DNA of 64,000 nt, from IMG/VR virus record IMGVR_UViG_3300031999_000005, positions 1-64,000 of that record. The stretch is one strand, 5' to 3'. The position numbers and the translations under genes are program-made. The notes below the pieces were generated by a model that saw only the letters and a program-made list of their open reading frames with translations, was not told the DNA's origin and did not search any database. The stretch comes from a virus. This document shows positions 19,308-29,349 of this stretch, one piece after another (positions within the stretch are counted from its first letter, which is position 1; every line of letters starts with the position of its first letter).

Positions 19308-20208
19308 GCGAATTCTTGTGGTACCTCATTGACTTCTTCCTCGGGTGCTCCCATCCGAGGACAAGCTGGCCGCAATCCCCTCGCGGCGGTGGGCGCATGT
19401 GGGTCTGCTGTTTGGAATGCGGCGCGGAGTTCGACTACGATTGGGACCGCATGAAAATTATTTGGAGACCACGCCGACAGCAATCTGTTGTTTCAACCCT
19501 GCTCGCTTCTGACCTGTGCGGCCCGCCCGAATAGCGGCCTTCATGTCCTGCTGGCATCCCCAGCAGTGCTCAATCCCACCTTCGTGAATCCCTGATTGAG
19601 AAACGGTGTGCGTCCTGATTCCCCTTTCAATGCGGATTTGACTGGCCTGTTCTTCGGCTGTGCGCTTGGGGAGATTGTGCGCCAGGATCTCAGTGAGGTC
19701 AGTGAGAGGATTGCGCCACAGGAGCATTCGGATCTTCGGAGGCTTCATGCGGGCATGGTAGCACGGAATGAAACATGGGGCGAAGCAGGGAGGTCTTATT
19801 TTACAGGACGGGCGTTTGGTGAAACAAGCGGCCTTATCGAGTTTCCTCGGTGCGGTAGAGCCTTTCCAGTTCGGACACCTGATCGGCAGGTGCATCGGGT
19901 ACGATCTGCTGGCCTTTTTTGCGGGACATTTTCTCAATGTCAACCTCAAAGTGGCGATAGTCTCGGTAGTCTATGATCTCTGCTGCAATGCGTGCCAGCA
20001 CGTAGAGGAAGAAGAAATACCCGCAGATATGCAGCAGACCGTGGAAGGCGTGATAGAACCAGTCGAGGTAGATCATGGCCGCACCATCAGGTAGATCAGG
20101 AAGATCGCTGCGGTTGCAACAGACAGCCAGCCGACAGCGTTCTTCAACTTGCGCGCTCGGCGGTCGGTGACCAATCGCCGAAGGAATGGATCAGCCTTCC
20201 AGCCGCCT

Positions 20209-20330
20209 TGTTGAAACTCCATCGGCACGTGACCACTCCGTCGCTTTTAGGCGACGGCTTCTCGGGTTACGCATGAGCTTACTGCCTCTACGTTAGCGCC
20301 CGAAAGCCTGATCCAGGCTCGTTGCAAAAT
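20209..20330 (-). ncRNA. TnpB omegaRNA (scaffold overlapping tnpB 3' end plus guide); 5' limit approximate
   Basis: Right-end hairpin CCGTCGC-CTAAAA-GCGACGG and GTCAC terminus (20229-20233); predicted guide GTGCCGATGGAGTTTCAACA. Confidence 0.75.
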
Positions 20331-21386
20331 GACCATGGCGGACGCATGATCGCGTCCCAAAGACAACCCGCAAGAGGGGCAGTGGTGCCAGCGGTCCTTC
20401 AACCGCTTTGGCACATTCGCACCGCACACGCACACTTGGCTCGTTCCCCGTGGGTCCACCTTCACAAAACACCTATCAGCATCCTCCGCTTTATAAGCGA
20501 TTTTGCTCAGGAATTCAGACCAGCCTGCGTCATTCACGGACTTCGCCAGTCGGCTCGCCGCAAGGCCCTTTACGTTCAAATCTTCAACGGCAATCGTGCC
20601 GTACCCGTTCACAATCCGCCGGGAAACTTTGTGGTGGAAATCCGCCCGCTGATTACGCACATGGGCGTGGGCACGCTGGAGCAGCAGCACCGCTTTGCGG
20701 CGACGGTGGCCACCTTTTTTCCGTCGTGCCACGCGGCGCTGCGCCCGCCGCAACTTGGCTTGCGCTTTGCGATAGCACCGGGGATTCTTGATCTCCGTTC
20801 CATCAGAAAGCGTAGCGAAGGCTGTCAACCCCACATCAATTCCAGCAACGTTGCTGTTCGGCTCAAGTGGTTTAGGGTCTCTCTCCACGGTGAAGCACAC
20901 GAACCACCGCCCCGCCTCTCGTTTAATCGTGGTGGTTTTGATTTTACCTTCTACTGGACGATGCAATTTGATTTTGATTTCGCCTGTCCCTTGGACATAT
21001 AGTTTATCAATCTTGAGGAGTTTACAACCATTGCCGTATATCGGGAATGTGATGCTGTCATAGCGACGGCTGGAGCGATAGCGTGGGAACCCTGGCGTCT
21101 GCCCTCTCTTAATACGATGAAAGAAATCCTTAAAAGCTCTGTCCAACCGCCGCAGTACGTTTTGAGCACAATGGTGATTGGCCAGCCGAAGCAATTCCTC
21201 ATCTCGCATGGGCTTCAATTGCCTTGCTTGATCGTAATAGCTGATCGACTTGCGGCAGGTCTTCCAGGCCCCGATGCGCTCTTGAAGCGCGCAGTTGTAA
21301 AGGTCACAGGCTTCGCGGAGTTGTTCCTCCAGGAAAACTCCTTGCGCTTTGGTCGGGTAGAGCCGGTATTTGAATGCCAGCCGCAT
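20247..21386 (-). mobile_element. tnpB: IS200/IS605-family TnpB RNA-guided nuclease (no TnpA)
   Basis: AFKYRLYP, LYNCAL, GIDVGL (RuvC I), VEDL (RuvC II), TSQVC..C / CPSC zinc finger, RDH (RuvC III). Confidence 0.93.
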
Positions 21387-21387
21387 C

Positions 21388-21528
21388 TCACTCGACCTTG
21401 CGCTTTTTTGCCAGATCACGAATCCCTATTTCCAGGGCGGCGGCTTGGCTTATCCCGAGTTTCGACGCCAGCAACTTCAACAGTCGAAGTGCCTCTGGCG
21501 TCAATCGAAAACCGGCTGCATGTTTCAT
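21388..21528 (-). CDS. CopG/RHH-like small regulator upstream of tnpB
   Basis: GFRLTPEA...LGISQAAALEIGIR; TTGACA-18-TACACT promoter at 21564-21535. Confidence 0.7.
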   Translation of the reverse strand: MKHAAGFRLTPEALRLLKLLASKLGISQAAALEIGIRDLAKKRKVE

Positions 21529-21628
21529 GTAAGCAGTGTACGGCTGAACGCAATACAATGTCAAGAGGAAAAATACAGGGCAACGCACTAATCTGCGCTT
21601 GCCCTTCGGCACATCCAAATTTGGATGT

Positions 21629-22264
21629 TTAAGCGAATTCCTCCAGTTGTTTGCTTCTCTGTGGATGGCGGAGGTTGCACATTGCTCTGGCTTCGATCTG
21701 TTTGATTCGTTCTTTTGACACCCCCATCTCAGCGCCGATTTCTTTGAGAGTTTTTTCTTCTCCTTCTAATCCAAATCGTTCCCGTATGACTCGTTGCTGT
21801 CGTGAGTCGAGACTCGACACCACACTATCGAGGGTCGCCTTCAGCCTTTCGTTCTCCCCTCCCTCCATTTCGTAAACTGGCAATAGTTTCATCGCCCGTG
21901 CTTCCTGGAAAGATAAAATGCGCTCGGACTCGACCTCTTTGATTGCTACCTTTGGGAGCCGAAGCTGATATAGGGACTGCGGGAAAATTGTTTCAGGCAA
22001 GGTATTGAAGAAGGTGGCCACCTTTTTCGCGCTCCTTCTGTATTGGTAGTAGCCCTCGCTCGTCTTTTTGGACCTGTCGAACGGGGAGATCCTTAAGCTC
22101 AACAGGCCCATGAGCACGCCGTAACAAACCCCGATGATGCCTGCCGCTGTCCCTACGCCGGTCCATCTTGCCCGGCAGGCGTCCTCTGGACAGGGGAAAT
22201 GCTCCTGGATCAGATTCCAAAGGAGCGCGTTCTTAAACCGCAATTCAAGACGCAAATCCTTCAT
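21629..22264 (-). CDS. Sigma70 region-4 domain protein
   Basis: LDSRQQRVIRERFGL...TLKEIG...VSKERIKQIEARAMCNLRHP. Confidence 0.85.
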   Translation of the reverse strand: MKDLRLELRFKNALLWNLIQEHFPCPEDACRARWTGVGTAAGIIGVCYGVLMGLLSLRISPFDRSKKTSEGYYQYRRSAKKVATFFNTLPETIFPQSLYQLRLPKVAIKEVESERILSFQEARAMKLLPVYEMEGGENERLKATLDSVVSSLDSRQQRVIRERFGLEGEEKTLKEIGAEMGVSKERIKQIEARAMCNLRHPQRSKQLEEFA

Positions 22265-22536
22265 GCTATCCTCCTACCAACCCTCTCCGATGTCCCTGGC
22301 CCGCTCGTCAAGAACGAGGTACGTGCGGATCACGCCTTTCTCATCATACCGCTCCTCCGCGATCATGGGTGCCGGCCGCCGTGGGAGATTGCCGCGAAGT
22401 TGCTGCATAAACCGGCGATGCCGCCAGAGGCGCAGCGCCCTCCGCAGTCGGCAATGCCAGGGGCAGTGCTCAAGGCAGCGCCGACAGATAACGCAGAAGG
22501 CGGCGAACCGGACAGCGCAGATAGGGCACTCCATGG

Positions 22537-25115
22537 TTAACCTCCGTTCATTGCCTTGATAACGTCCTCACCAAGCTGGCGGCCGTATTTCTTGAGCAGC
22601 TTTCGGCCGAGGGCCGCAGCTTTTGCCGAAAGAGTGGGCGCCGCCGCCAGGGAATGTCCGATCCTCGCGTCCATGCGGTTAAATCCGTGCCCGTCGAGTA
22701 GCCGGGCACCGTCGCACACGCCGGCCAGGGTCCGCAGCGCGGAATGGACGGCTTGGATCTGCGCGGCGGTGATCGTCTCGGCCTCTTTCTCCACCGTGGC
22801 ACGGGAGACATTCCTTGTAGCTGCCTGTTCCTTTGCAGGGGTGATTGGTACGGTGGATTCGATCTTGTCGTCCAGGGCGGCGTCGAAGACCTTTTGTTTT
22901 TCCACCAGCGTCCACGCCATCTTTGCGTCGAGCGAACCGTCCAGCACTAGGTATTGAACCAGCACCGGGTTGACAGTGCCAATCCGGTGACACCGAGCGA
23001 TAGCCTGCGAGATATTGGTCGGCACATAGTCAAGCTCGGCGAAGATTTCGTGGCTGCTGGCCGTTAAGGTGATTCCTATGCCTGATGCCTGGATGGAGCC
23101 GACGAATAGTTTAATCTCGGGATCATTCTGAAAGCGGTGGATCGCCTCGTCCTTCTGTGTCTCGCTGAGGCCGCCGCGATGCAGGACTGCCACGCCGGGG
23201 AACTCGGCTATCAGCGCATTTCCTACATCGTGATGGTGACACCAAAGCACCACCTTCCCCCCCTCCTCCAAGGCATTGCGCACATGCTCGGTAACCAGAG
23301 GCACCTTGCAGACAGCGGTATCATGGCGCAACTTGGCGATCTCGGTAAAGGCGGCGTTCACTCCCTTGGTGAGTTTCGCTATGGCCTTCCGGTAATCCTC
23401 AGGGTCCTCGGATGCTTTCGCCAGTTCGACGGCAACGCGCAGTTCTTCTATGGCCTCTTCATGGCGCTGGTAACCTTCTTCCTCAGCGGCTATGAACCGT
23501 GCCATCTCTGCTGTTGGTGGGATTTCAATTACCTGATGCAGGATGGGCGGTAGTTCACGGAGGACATCTTGCTTCAGTCGGCGGATCATGCAAACTTTTC
23601 TCAGCAGTTCTTGCAACTCAGGAAGATTGCTTGCGCCGGAAAAGTCCCAAACCATTTTGCCGCGTCGGTTCACGACCTTTTGGTGCGCGTTGCAGAATCG
23701 TCGCAGGAATTTCCAGGTGCCGCCGAACTGCTCAATCACTCCAAGAATCTCCAGCGGGAAGGCCAACTCTTGCGGTCTGTTTAGAAAAGGTGTGCCACTA
23801 AGAGCCATGATCCGCTTGCCATTCCCTTCGCAGAGTCCCTTGACGGCTTTCGACCTGGCCGCCTTCGAGGACTTAGCCATGTGGATTTCGTCAATGATGA
23901 TTGTCTGCGGAGCAACCTGTTTGATAGCTGGTAACCATGCGTGCAATATATCGTAGTTACAGATAATGAGGGCCTTCGGTGGCAGCGGCCAGAGTTCCGA
24001 TTGTTTCCGGGTGGAGAGGGGAACTGGAGTGCAATCAGGGATGAGCCTTCGGGCTTCCCGAGCCCAGTTCAACTTCAAACTGGCCGGCGTAATCACGATA
24101 GCAGGCCATTCCTGAGTCACAGCAAGCACGCCAAGCGCCTCCCAAGTTTTACCCAAGCCGGTCAGCCCATCTCATCGCCGAACAGGACTCCTGTTTTGGC
24201 GTGAGATGGGCTTGCACCTCCTTTCAGTGCTTGAAGCGAATGACTTTCCAACCCAAAGCTTCGAGCACTTCGGTTTTTTTCTGATCTTTCTCCGCTTGCC
24301 ACCGGCACCTGTGGGACGCCCCGTCTAACTCGATCACGATTCTGAGGGACGGATGGGCAAAGTCCGCCTTGTAACTGCGTGGCGGTTGGTGTTCCGTCCC
24401 GTGGCCCTTCGTTCTGATGATGTATTCCTGGATGCAACCAAGAGGTTGGAGCATTCTCGACATTGCTTGAGACATCGGTGTCGGAGGTTGCCCGTTGCCC
24501 CCGCTGAAGTAGCTTGGATTTTTGGCTAAAGCTCGAAGATGTTTCTCTCGCACCTCCGGCCGGTGCATCGCCTTGCGTGTAGCTTCGGAAACCCTCATTC
24601 GCCATTCCGGGTTTGCAGCTATGGTTCTGAGGGCCTGTCTGGCCTTGCGTCTGGCAGCAGGGCCGTGTCCCAAGGCTAGATTCTGGCGGGCTGCTTCCAG
24701 TTGCTCTTTCGTTCTCCGGTATACCCCTGTTGGCATTGACTTCCTCCCTAACCCCATTATGGGTCTTGAGAGAACTGAAATCAAAGCCAAATTTCTCCAA
24801 AGCGTATTTGATAGCGGCTTTCTGGAACCCGAAGTAATTGATGCCGTTCGGTGCCGGGATCTCAATATCGGCATCGGTGGCTCGGCTGGCGGCCATGGAT
24901 TGCTCTCGGGCGTCGGCCGCGCCCTGGAGCACTGCGCGGGTTTCATCGTCGGCGTACTGAATCAGCCGGGAAGCGGTTTCGATGGATTCGGTGTACCAGC
25001 CGCGGCGTTCTCCAAGAAGGCCAGCCGACCACCGAAATCCGGCGGACTTGGGCACCGTGCGTTCGTCATAGGAGCACACGCAGTAGAACCGCTTTCCATC
25101 GGTGATGAGTGTCAA
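22537..25115 (-). CDS. SNF2/HARP-like helicase interrupted by an 8-nt coding gap (24157-24164) and carrying an in-frame insertion
   Basis: Part 1 ends GVLFGDEMG*, part 2 begins LGKT, then DEIH, LSGTP, RRLK, GITLT, QAIARCHRIG; Q-motif FQKAAI in part 1. Confidence 0.9.
24224..24736 (-). CDS. Vsr-like / DUF559 (EDxHD-type) endonuclease nested out of frame in the helicase gene
   Basis: SD GGAGG then ATG; basic repeats; ADFAHP...IELDGASH...KDQKKTEVL...GWKVIRF. Confidence 0.85.
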   Translation of the reverse strand: MPTGVYRRTKEQLEAARQNLALGHGPAARRKARQALRTIAANPEWRMRVSEATRKAMHRPEVREKHLRALAKNPSYFSGGNGQPPTPMSQAMSRMLQPLGCIQEYIIRTKGHGTEHQPPRSYKADFAHPSLRIVIELDGASHRCRWQAEKDQKKTEVLEALGWKVIRFKH

Positions 25116-25281
25116 GCCGCAACCACCTTTCGTAGCTGTCGAGATCCCCGCGAGTAGAGCCGTGCGCAGTCAGGGCAGATCACCCAGTTGCTTACCGCCA
25201 TGCACCGCGGCAGATCATGGGTCCATGGTTTTCTGCACCGAGGGCAGACATGCGGGTGCGGCACGCTGGTGGATGGTGCCT

Positions 25282-25785
25282 TCAATCCTTCACCTTCCAT
25301 CTCACGTCATCCCACTTCCGCAGGACCTCTCTCCGCATCTGTCGGCTGAGATGGACAAAGAACATACGCCCATCGAGATGGTCTAGCTCATGGGCCGCTG
25401 TCCGGGCGTCCAGGTCGAGCAGGACGGATTCGTGGGCGACTCCGTAAACGTCCAGGTAGAACATGCGCACCCACCGGGGGCGCTGAACCTGTGCGCGGAT
25501 ACCCGGCAGGGACAGGCAACCCTCTTCCATCAGGGCAGTATCGTGCTCCTTCACTTCCAAGCGTGGATTGCAGACTGCCAAGGGCGCCCCGACCCGCCGC
25601 TCCATGACGAAGACGCACCGAGCAACACCCACTTGCGGGCCGGCCAAGCCGACACCGTGGCGTTCTTGCATCGTGGCGATCATGTCTTCGGCCAACCGAA
25701 TCAGCCAGGGTTTACCAAACGCCGCTTCTGCGACTGGCAGGCAGCGAGCGGTAAGGATTGGATTGGGCCAGAGGATGATTTTCAA
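25282..25785 (-). CDS. def: Peptide deformylase
   Basis: GVGLAGPQVG, EGCLS, HELDHLDG. Confidence 0.95.
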   Translation of the reverse strand: MKIILWPNPILTARCLPVAEAAFGKPWLIRLAEDMIATMQERHGVGLAGPQVGVARCVFVMERRVGAPLAVCNPRLEVKEHDTALMEEGCLSLPGIRAQVQRPRWVRMFYLDVYGVAHESVLLDLDARTAAHELDHLDGRMFFVHLSRQMRREVLRKWDDVRWKVKD

Positions 25786-26157
25786 AGTTCACCTTTCTGC
25801 TTTCGGGCTTTGCGGGGAAGCAAACTGCGAATCTCTCTCTGTAACTGCCGACGCTTGGCGAAATAGTTGAACCGCTCAATCGCCGGCGATAATTTTTCCA
25901 AAGAACGGATTGTGCGGTCTAGTCCCTTGATCTTTCGCATTAGACTTCTCCTTTCTCTTCCAGGCAGCGGGCCAGGAAGGACGACGACTTCTCGATGCTG
26001 CGGACACCAGAGCCGTCCAGCATAGTGATGTGTGCCCACGCGCGGCATCGCTTGCAGCAGACGGTGTACCGCATGGCGGAGCGCTTGAACCGGCCAGGGG
26101 TGTGTCCCTGCGCGAGAGCCATCGCTGTGATATCGGTCTTGGCTGTGAGCAGTTCGT

Positions 26158-26757
26158 TCATATCTGCCCCGTCTCTTTTGCGGCTTTGATGGTATTGACC
26201 GCCCGAATATCGGCGTGCGTGATGGCGTAGCGGTGCAGAAGTTTCGTCTCGCCGTTCCACAGACAACGATGGCAAGTCTTGCAATCGTCAGATGGCGTGT
26301 GCATGGAGGAACAGGCGACGACAACCTGTTTTTCATCATTGAAACTCGTAACCGAGACTTGTTCTCCCTTCCACTTGAACTCTGCGCCGATGACTAAACG
26401 CGGCAGGTCGCCGTCCATCCGACCACCGCCGAACTCGCAGGTGCGTGGCAGTTTCGCGCCCTTAATGATGAACGCCTTCCGGCCCCATGCGTTTTCGCAA
26501 GCCTTCCAGGCAGACGCATTGCGGTAGGCGACGGCGCGGCGATAGAACATCTCGCCGTGGAACCAGTAGCCGGGCCGGAACTGGCCGAGGTTGGTGTCCT
26601 TCAGATCATCGGGACCGAACCTCATGCCCGCTTCAACTGCGAGGTTGAGCGCTGACTGCATCGCTTGGTTCAGGCGCAGCCAAGAATGACCGGTGGCCTC
26701 TTGCTTGTGTTGCCAGACTAGAGTTAATAGCTGTAAGGCAGGTGACTTTTCACTCAT
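26158..26757 (-). CDS. Hypothetical protein
   Basis: SD ggagga; operon-contiguous. Confidence 0.65.
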   Translation of the reverse strand: MSEKSPALQLLTLVWQHKQEATGHSWLRLNQAMQSALNLAVEAGMRFGPDDLKDTNLGQFRPGYWFHGEMFYRRAVAYRNASAWKACENAWGRKAFIIKGAKLPRTCEFGGGRMDGDLPRLVIGAEFKWKGEQVSVTSFNDEKQVVVACSSMHTPSDDCKTCHRCLWNGETKLLHRYAITHADIRAVNTIKAAKETGQI

Positions 26758-26943
26758 CTAATTCCTCCAATTCTAGCGGCGATGGCTGTGCAACATCCAA
26801 ATTTGGACGTAGCGCCTCGACCGTCTCGCCGCAGTTGGTACACGTGGCCGTACCGTCCTCGGTGGATGCTGTGAACCAATCATCCGAGACACCGCAGGAC
26901 GGGCACCGCTCGGGCATGTTGTAGAACTCGGGCATGGCGCTCC

Positions 26944-27357
26944 TTACGGCATCAGGGCCAGAACCAGAGCCATCTGCCGCATGATCTCGCGGTGGAAAGA
27001 CAGGCGCTCAGAGCATTGGCCCTGAAATTCGACTATCTCTTCTGCGATGATTTCAAGTCTCGCTGCTCTGTGGGCAGTTTCCCGGTTCAGGCTTTCTTGA
27101 TACGCCTGGACCATCGCTGCGAGTTTTTGCTTCTCATCTTTCAGCAGCATGGTAATTTCCAGGGTGCGTGACTGCCGCTCGGCCGATTCGAAACTGATGA
27201 CCTGCTTCCGGGCCTCCAGAAGATCCCTGACCAGCGCCTCTACGATGTGGCCTGCATGCAGAAAATGTCGGCCCTTGGGCATACCTCCGCGACCGATCAG
27301 GCGGATCTCCGCCAAGGTCAACCGGCGCATAGAGGCTTTCTTGTTTTTCGATGTCAT
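26944..27357 (-). CDS. Hypothetical coiled-coil protein
   Basis: SD aaggaggt. Confidence 0.6.
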   Translation of the reverse strand: MTSKNKKASMRRLTLAEIRLIGRGGMPKGRHFLHAGHIVEALVRDLLEARKQVISFESAERQSRTLEITMLLKDEKQKLAAMVQAYQESLNRETAHRAARLEIIAEEIVEFQGQCSERLSFHREIMRQMALVLALMP

Positions 27358-27369
27358 GACAACCTCCTT

Positions 27370-28260
27370 TCACTTTTCTAACATTGCGTAGCCCAATTCC
27401 TGCGGCCCAGTTGGGAGCGCAATAACCAAGCCAGCGGCGTAAGCATCGCGGATTCCGACCGTCAGTAGATCAGGAGGATGCTGTATCCATTGCATCAGAC
27501 TGGCGTAGTAGACCGTTAGCGCGGCCCAAGCGTCCCGAGCGTCCCAAGCGTCCCGAGCGTCCCGAGCGGCCCAAGCGGCCCGAGCGGCCTGAGCGGCCCA
27601 AGCGTCCTGAGCGTCCCAAGCGGCCCGAGCGGCCTGAGCGGCCCGAGCGGCCTGAGCGGCCCAAGCGGCCTGAGCGTCCCAAGCGGCCCGAGCGTTCCGA
27701 GCGGCCCAAGCGGCCCGAGCGTTCCGAGCGGCCTGAGCGTCCTGAGCGTCCCAAGCGGCCCGAGCGTTCCAAGCGGCCCCAAATTTCTTCACCGTCCAGT
27801 CAAGGCTGCGAACATTGAGCGCCGTTTTCAGCCCAGCTAGAACCAATACTGGATCACGTTGCGGGCGTGCCAACGCACCCCGCCATGCCATCTGTTCGCG
27901 GCACATGGTTTCGGCGTGTGTGCCGAACGCGGCAGACAGTTCGAGGACTGCGATAGAGACTTCCTCCGCTGTTGCCGCCCGCACCAGTCTTAGAGATGAA
28001 GCCCGGTGCTTATCATCCCGCTGGATCATGTCAGCAGACGGCTCAACCTCGAATGCGGTTGACGGCCATCCATCCGGCCACAACCCGCCGATGCGGAGCG
28101 CCGTTGCGAGATTGTCGGTGAAATTCCACCCGGCGGCGCACTCGGCAGGTCCCACATCGAGCCTGACCACAGGCAATCGATATGGCAGCGTGCCGTTGAA
28201 CAATGGTTCTCCGCCCTGGATAGGCGGACGGTAATCGTGGGTCAAAACCTTCCAGTACAT
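27370..28260 (-). CDS. Protein with Ala/Trp-rich tripeptide repeat tract
   Basis: SD aaggagg; globular N-terminus, then (A/D/N)A(W/R/Q) repeats. Confidence 0.7.
   Translation of the reverse strand: MYWKVLTHDYRPPIQGGEPLFNGTLPYRLPVVRLDVGPAECAAGWNFTDNLATALRIGGLWPDGWPSTAFEVEPSADMIQRDDKHRASSLRLVRAATAEEVSIAVLELSAAFGTHAETMCREQMAWRGALARPQRDPVLVLAGLKTALNVRSLDWTVKKFGAAWNARAAWDAQDAQAARNARAAWAARNARAAWDAQAAWAAQAARAAQAARAAWDAQDAWAAQAARAAWAARDARDAWDARDAWAALTVYYASLMQWIQHPPDLLTVGIRDAYAAGLVIALPTGPQELGYAMLEK
27522..27779. repeat. 9-bp-period tandem repeat tract
   Basis: Units GCGGCCCAA / GCGTCCCGA / GCGGCCTGA / GCGTTCCGA on the + strand. Confidence 0.9.
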
Positions 28261-29004
28261 CACACCCTCCTTTTATTTCCGCCATCCGTAGTGGATGGCG
28301 AACCACAGAAACAGAAACCAGCAGACGTACAGCATGATCTCTTCAATGATGGCCCAACCCCGCCAGCGTCGACCGACGGGGTTCGAGTACAAGTGGATAA
28401 TGACGCGCATCGTCAGACCCGCACCGCGAAAAAATGCCGGCCACACGCAATGATGACCTGCCGGCCAGTCTCGGCCTCCCGCAATTCGGACAACTCTTGC
28501 TGGATTTGCTGGCGCCCTTCCTCCCGCTCCCGGTTGGCAACCTGTCGAAAGTTGCCGGGGCGTTCGCGGTTCTTCTTGCGATTGCGCTGTTCAAGCTCAT
28601 ATGCGGATTCCTCCGCGTTGTGTTCCTCGACGGTCCTCAGAATAGCCATTTGCGCGTCCTCCAAGGGCATCAGGACAGCCCGACGCCTCACCTGCCGAAT
28701 ATCTTCTTCCTTGCCGCAGCCAAGAGAGTCCGTAGCGGCGACCTGGGGGCCTTTTGCTGGGGCACCACCCGCAGCGCGATCTTGCGGGCCAGGAACTCCG
28801 CCTCATGCCGGTGCCGGTCCTTTGCGATCTTGGCGGTTTCCTTGGCGTGTTCCCGCCCAAGGCGGCGGTTTCGGGCGTTGGGAAGCCCGCGGTACCGTTC
28901 AATGGTGCGGCGAATCTGGCGTAGACTGGTGCCGAATCCTCGGATGCTGCCGGGGCTTGGAATCTTCATAACCTTTCCTTTCACGTCCAAATGCGGATGT
29001 TGGG

Positions 29005-29349
29005 TTACTTCATGGCCTCTTCCAGGTCTTTGTAGTCGAACGGCTTGCTCAGAATCCGCACATCCGAAATACCCCGCGCTTCCAAATCCCTTTGCGCCTC
29101 AGCGGGATTCCCGGTCATCAGGATGATCCACTGGGCAGGCTTGCGCTGGCGGATCTCGGCGGCCATTTTCACGCCGTCCATATTCGGCATCTGGTAGTCA
29201 GAAAGAATCAGATCAATCCAGTGGCGGGACCAGACAGCAACTCCCTCCATGCCATCACAGGCGGTTAAAACTCCGTAGCCCTTCGAGTTGAGCCGCTTCG
29301 TCAAAAGCCCACGGATTGCGGCATCATCGTCAACAAGCAAAATCGTCAT
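29005..29349 (-). CDS. Stand-alone response regulator receiver (CheY-like)
   Basis: ILLVDDD, ILSDYQMPNMDG, ILMTG, SKPF. Confidence 0.92.
   Translation of the reverse strand: MTILLVDDDAAIRGLLTKRLNSKGYGVLTACDGMEGVAVWSRHWIDLILSDYQMPNMDGVKMAAEIRQRKPAQWIILMTGNPAEAQRDLEARGISDVRILSKPFDYKDLEEAMK

Noticed and set aside
22537-24156. Independent gene starting at TTG (MGKT)
   Set aside because: It would begin inside Walker A with no clear SD; better explained as the continuation of 24165-25115. Not formally excluded.
27470-27782. RSG and LGP/LGT repeat ORFs, or a CRISPR-like array
   Set aside because: These are alternative frames of the 9-bp coding repeat; there are no unique spacers.
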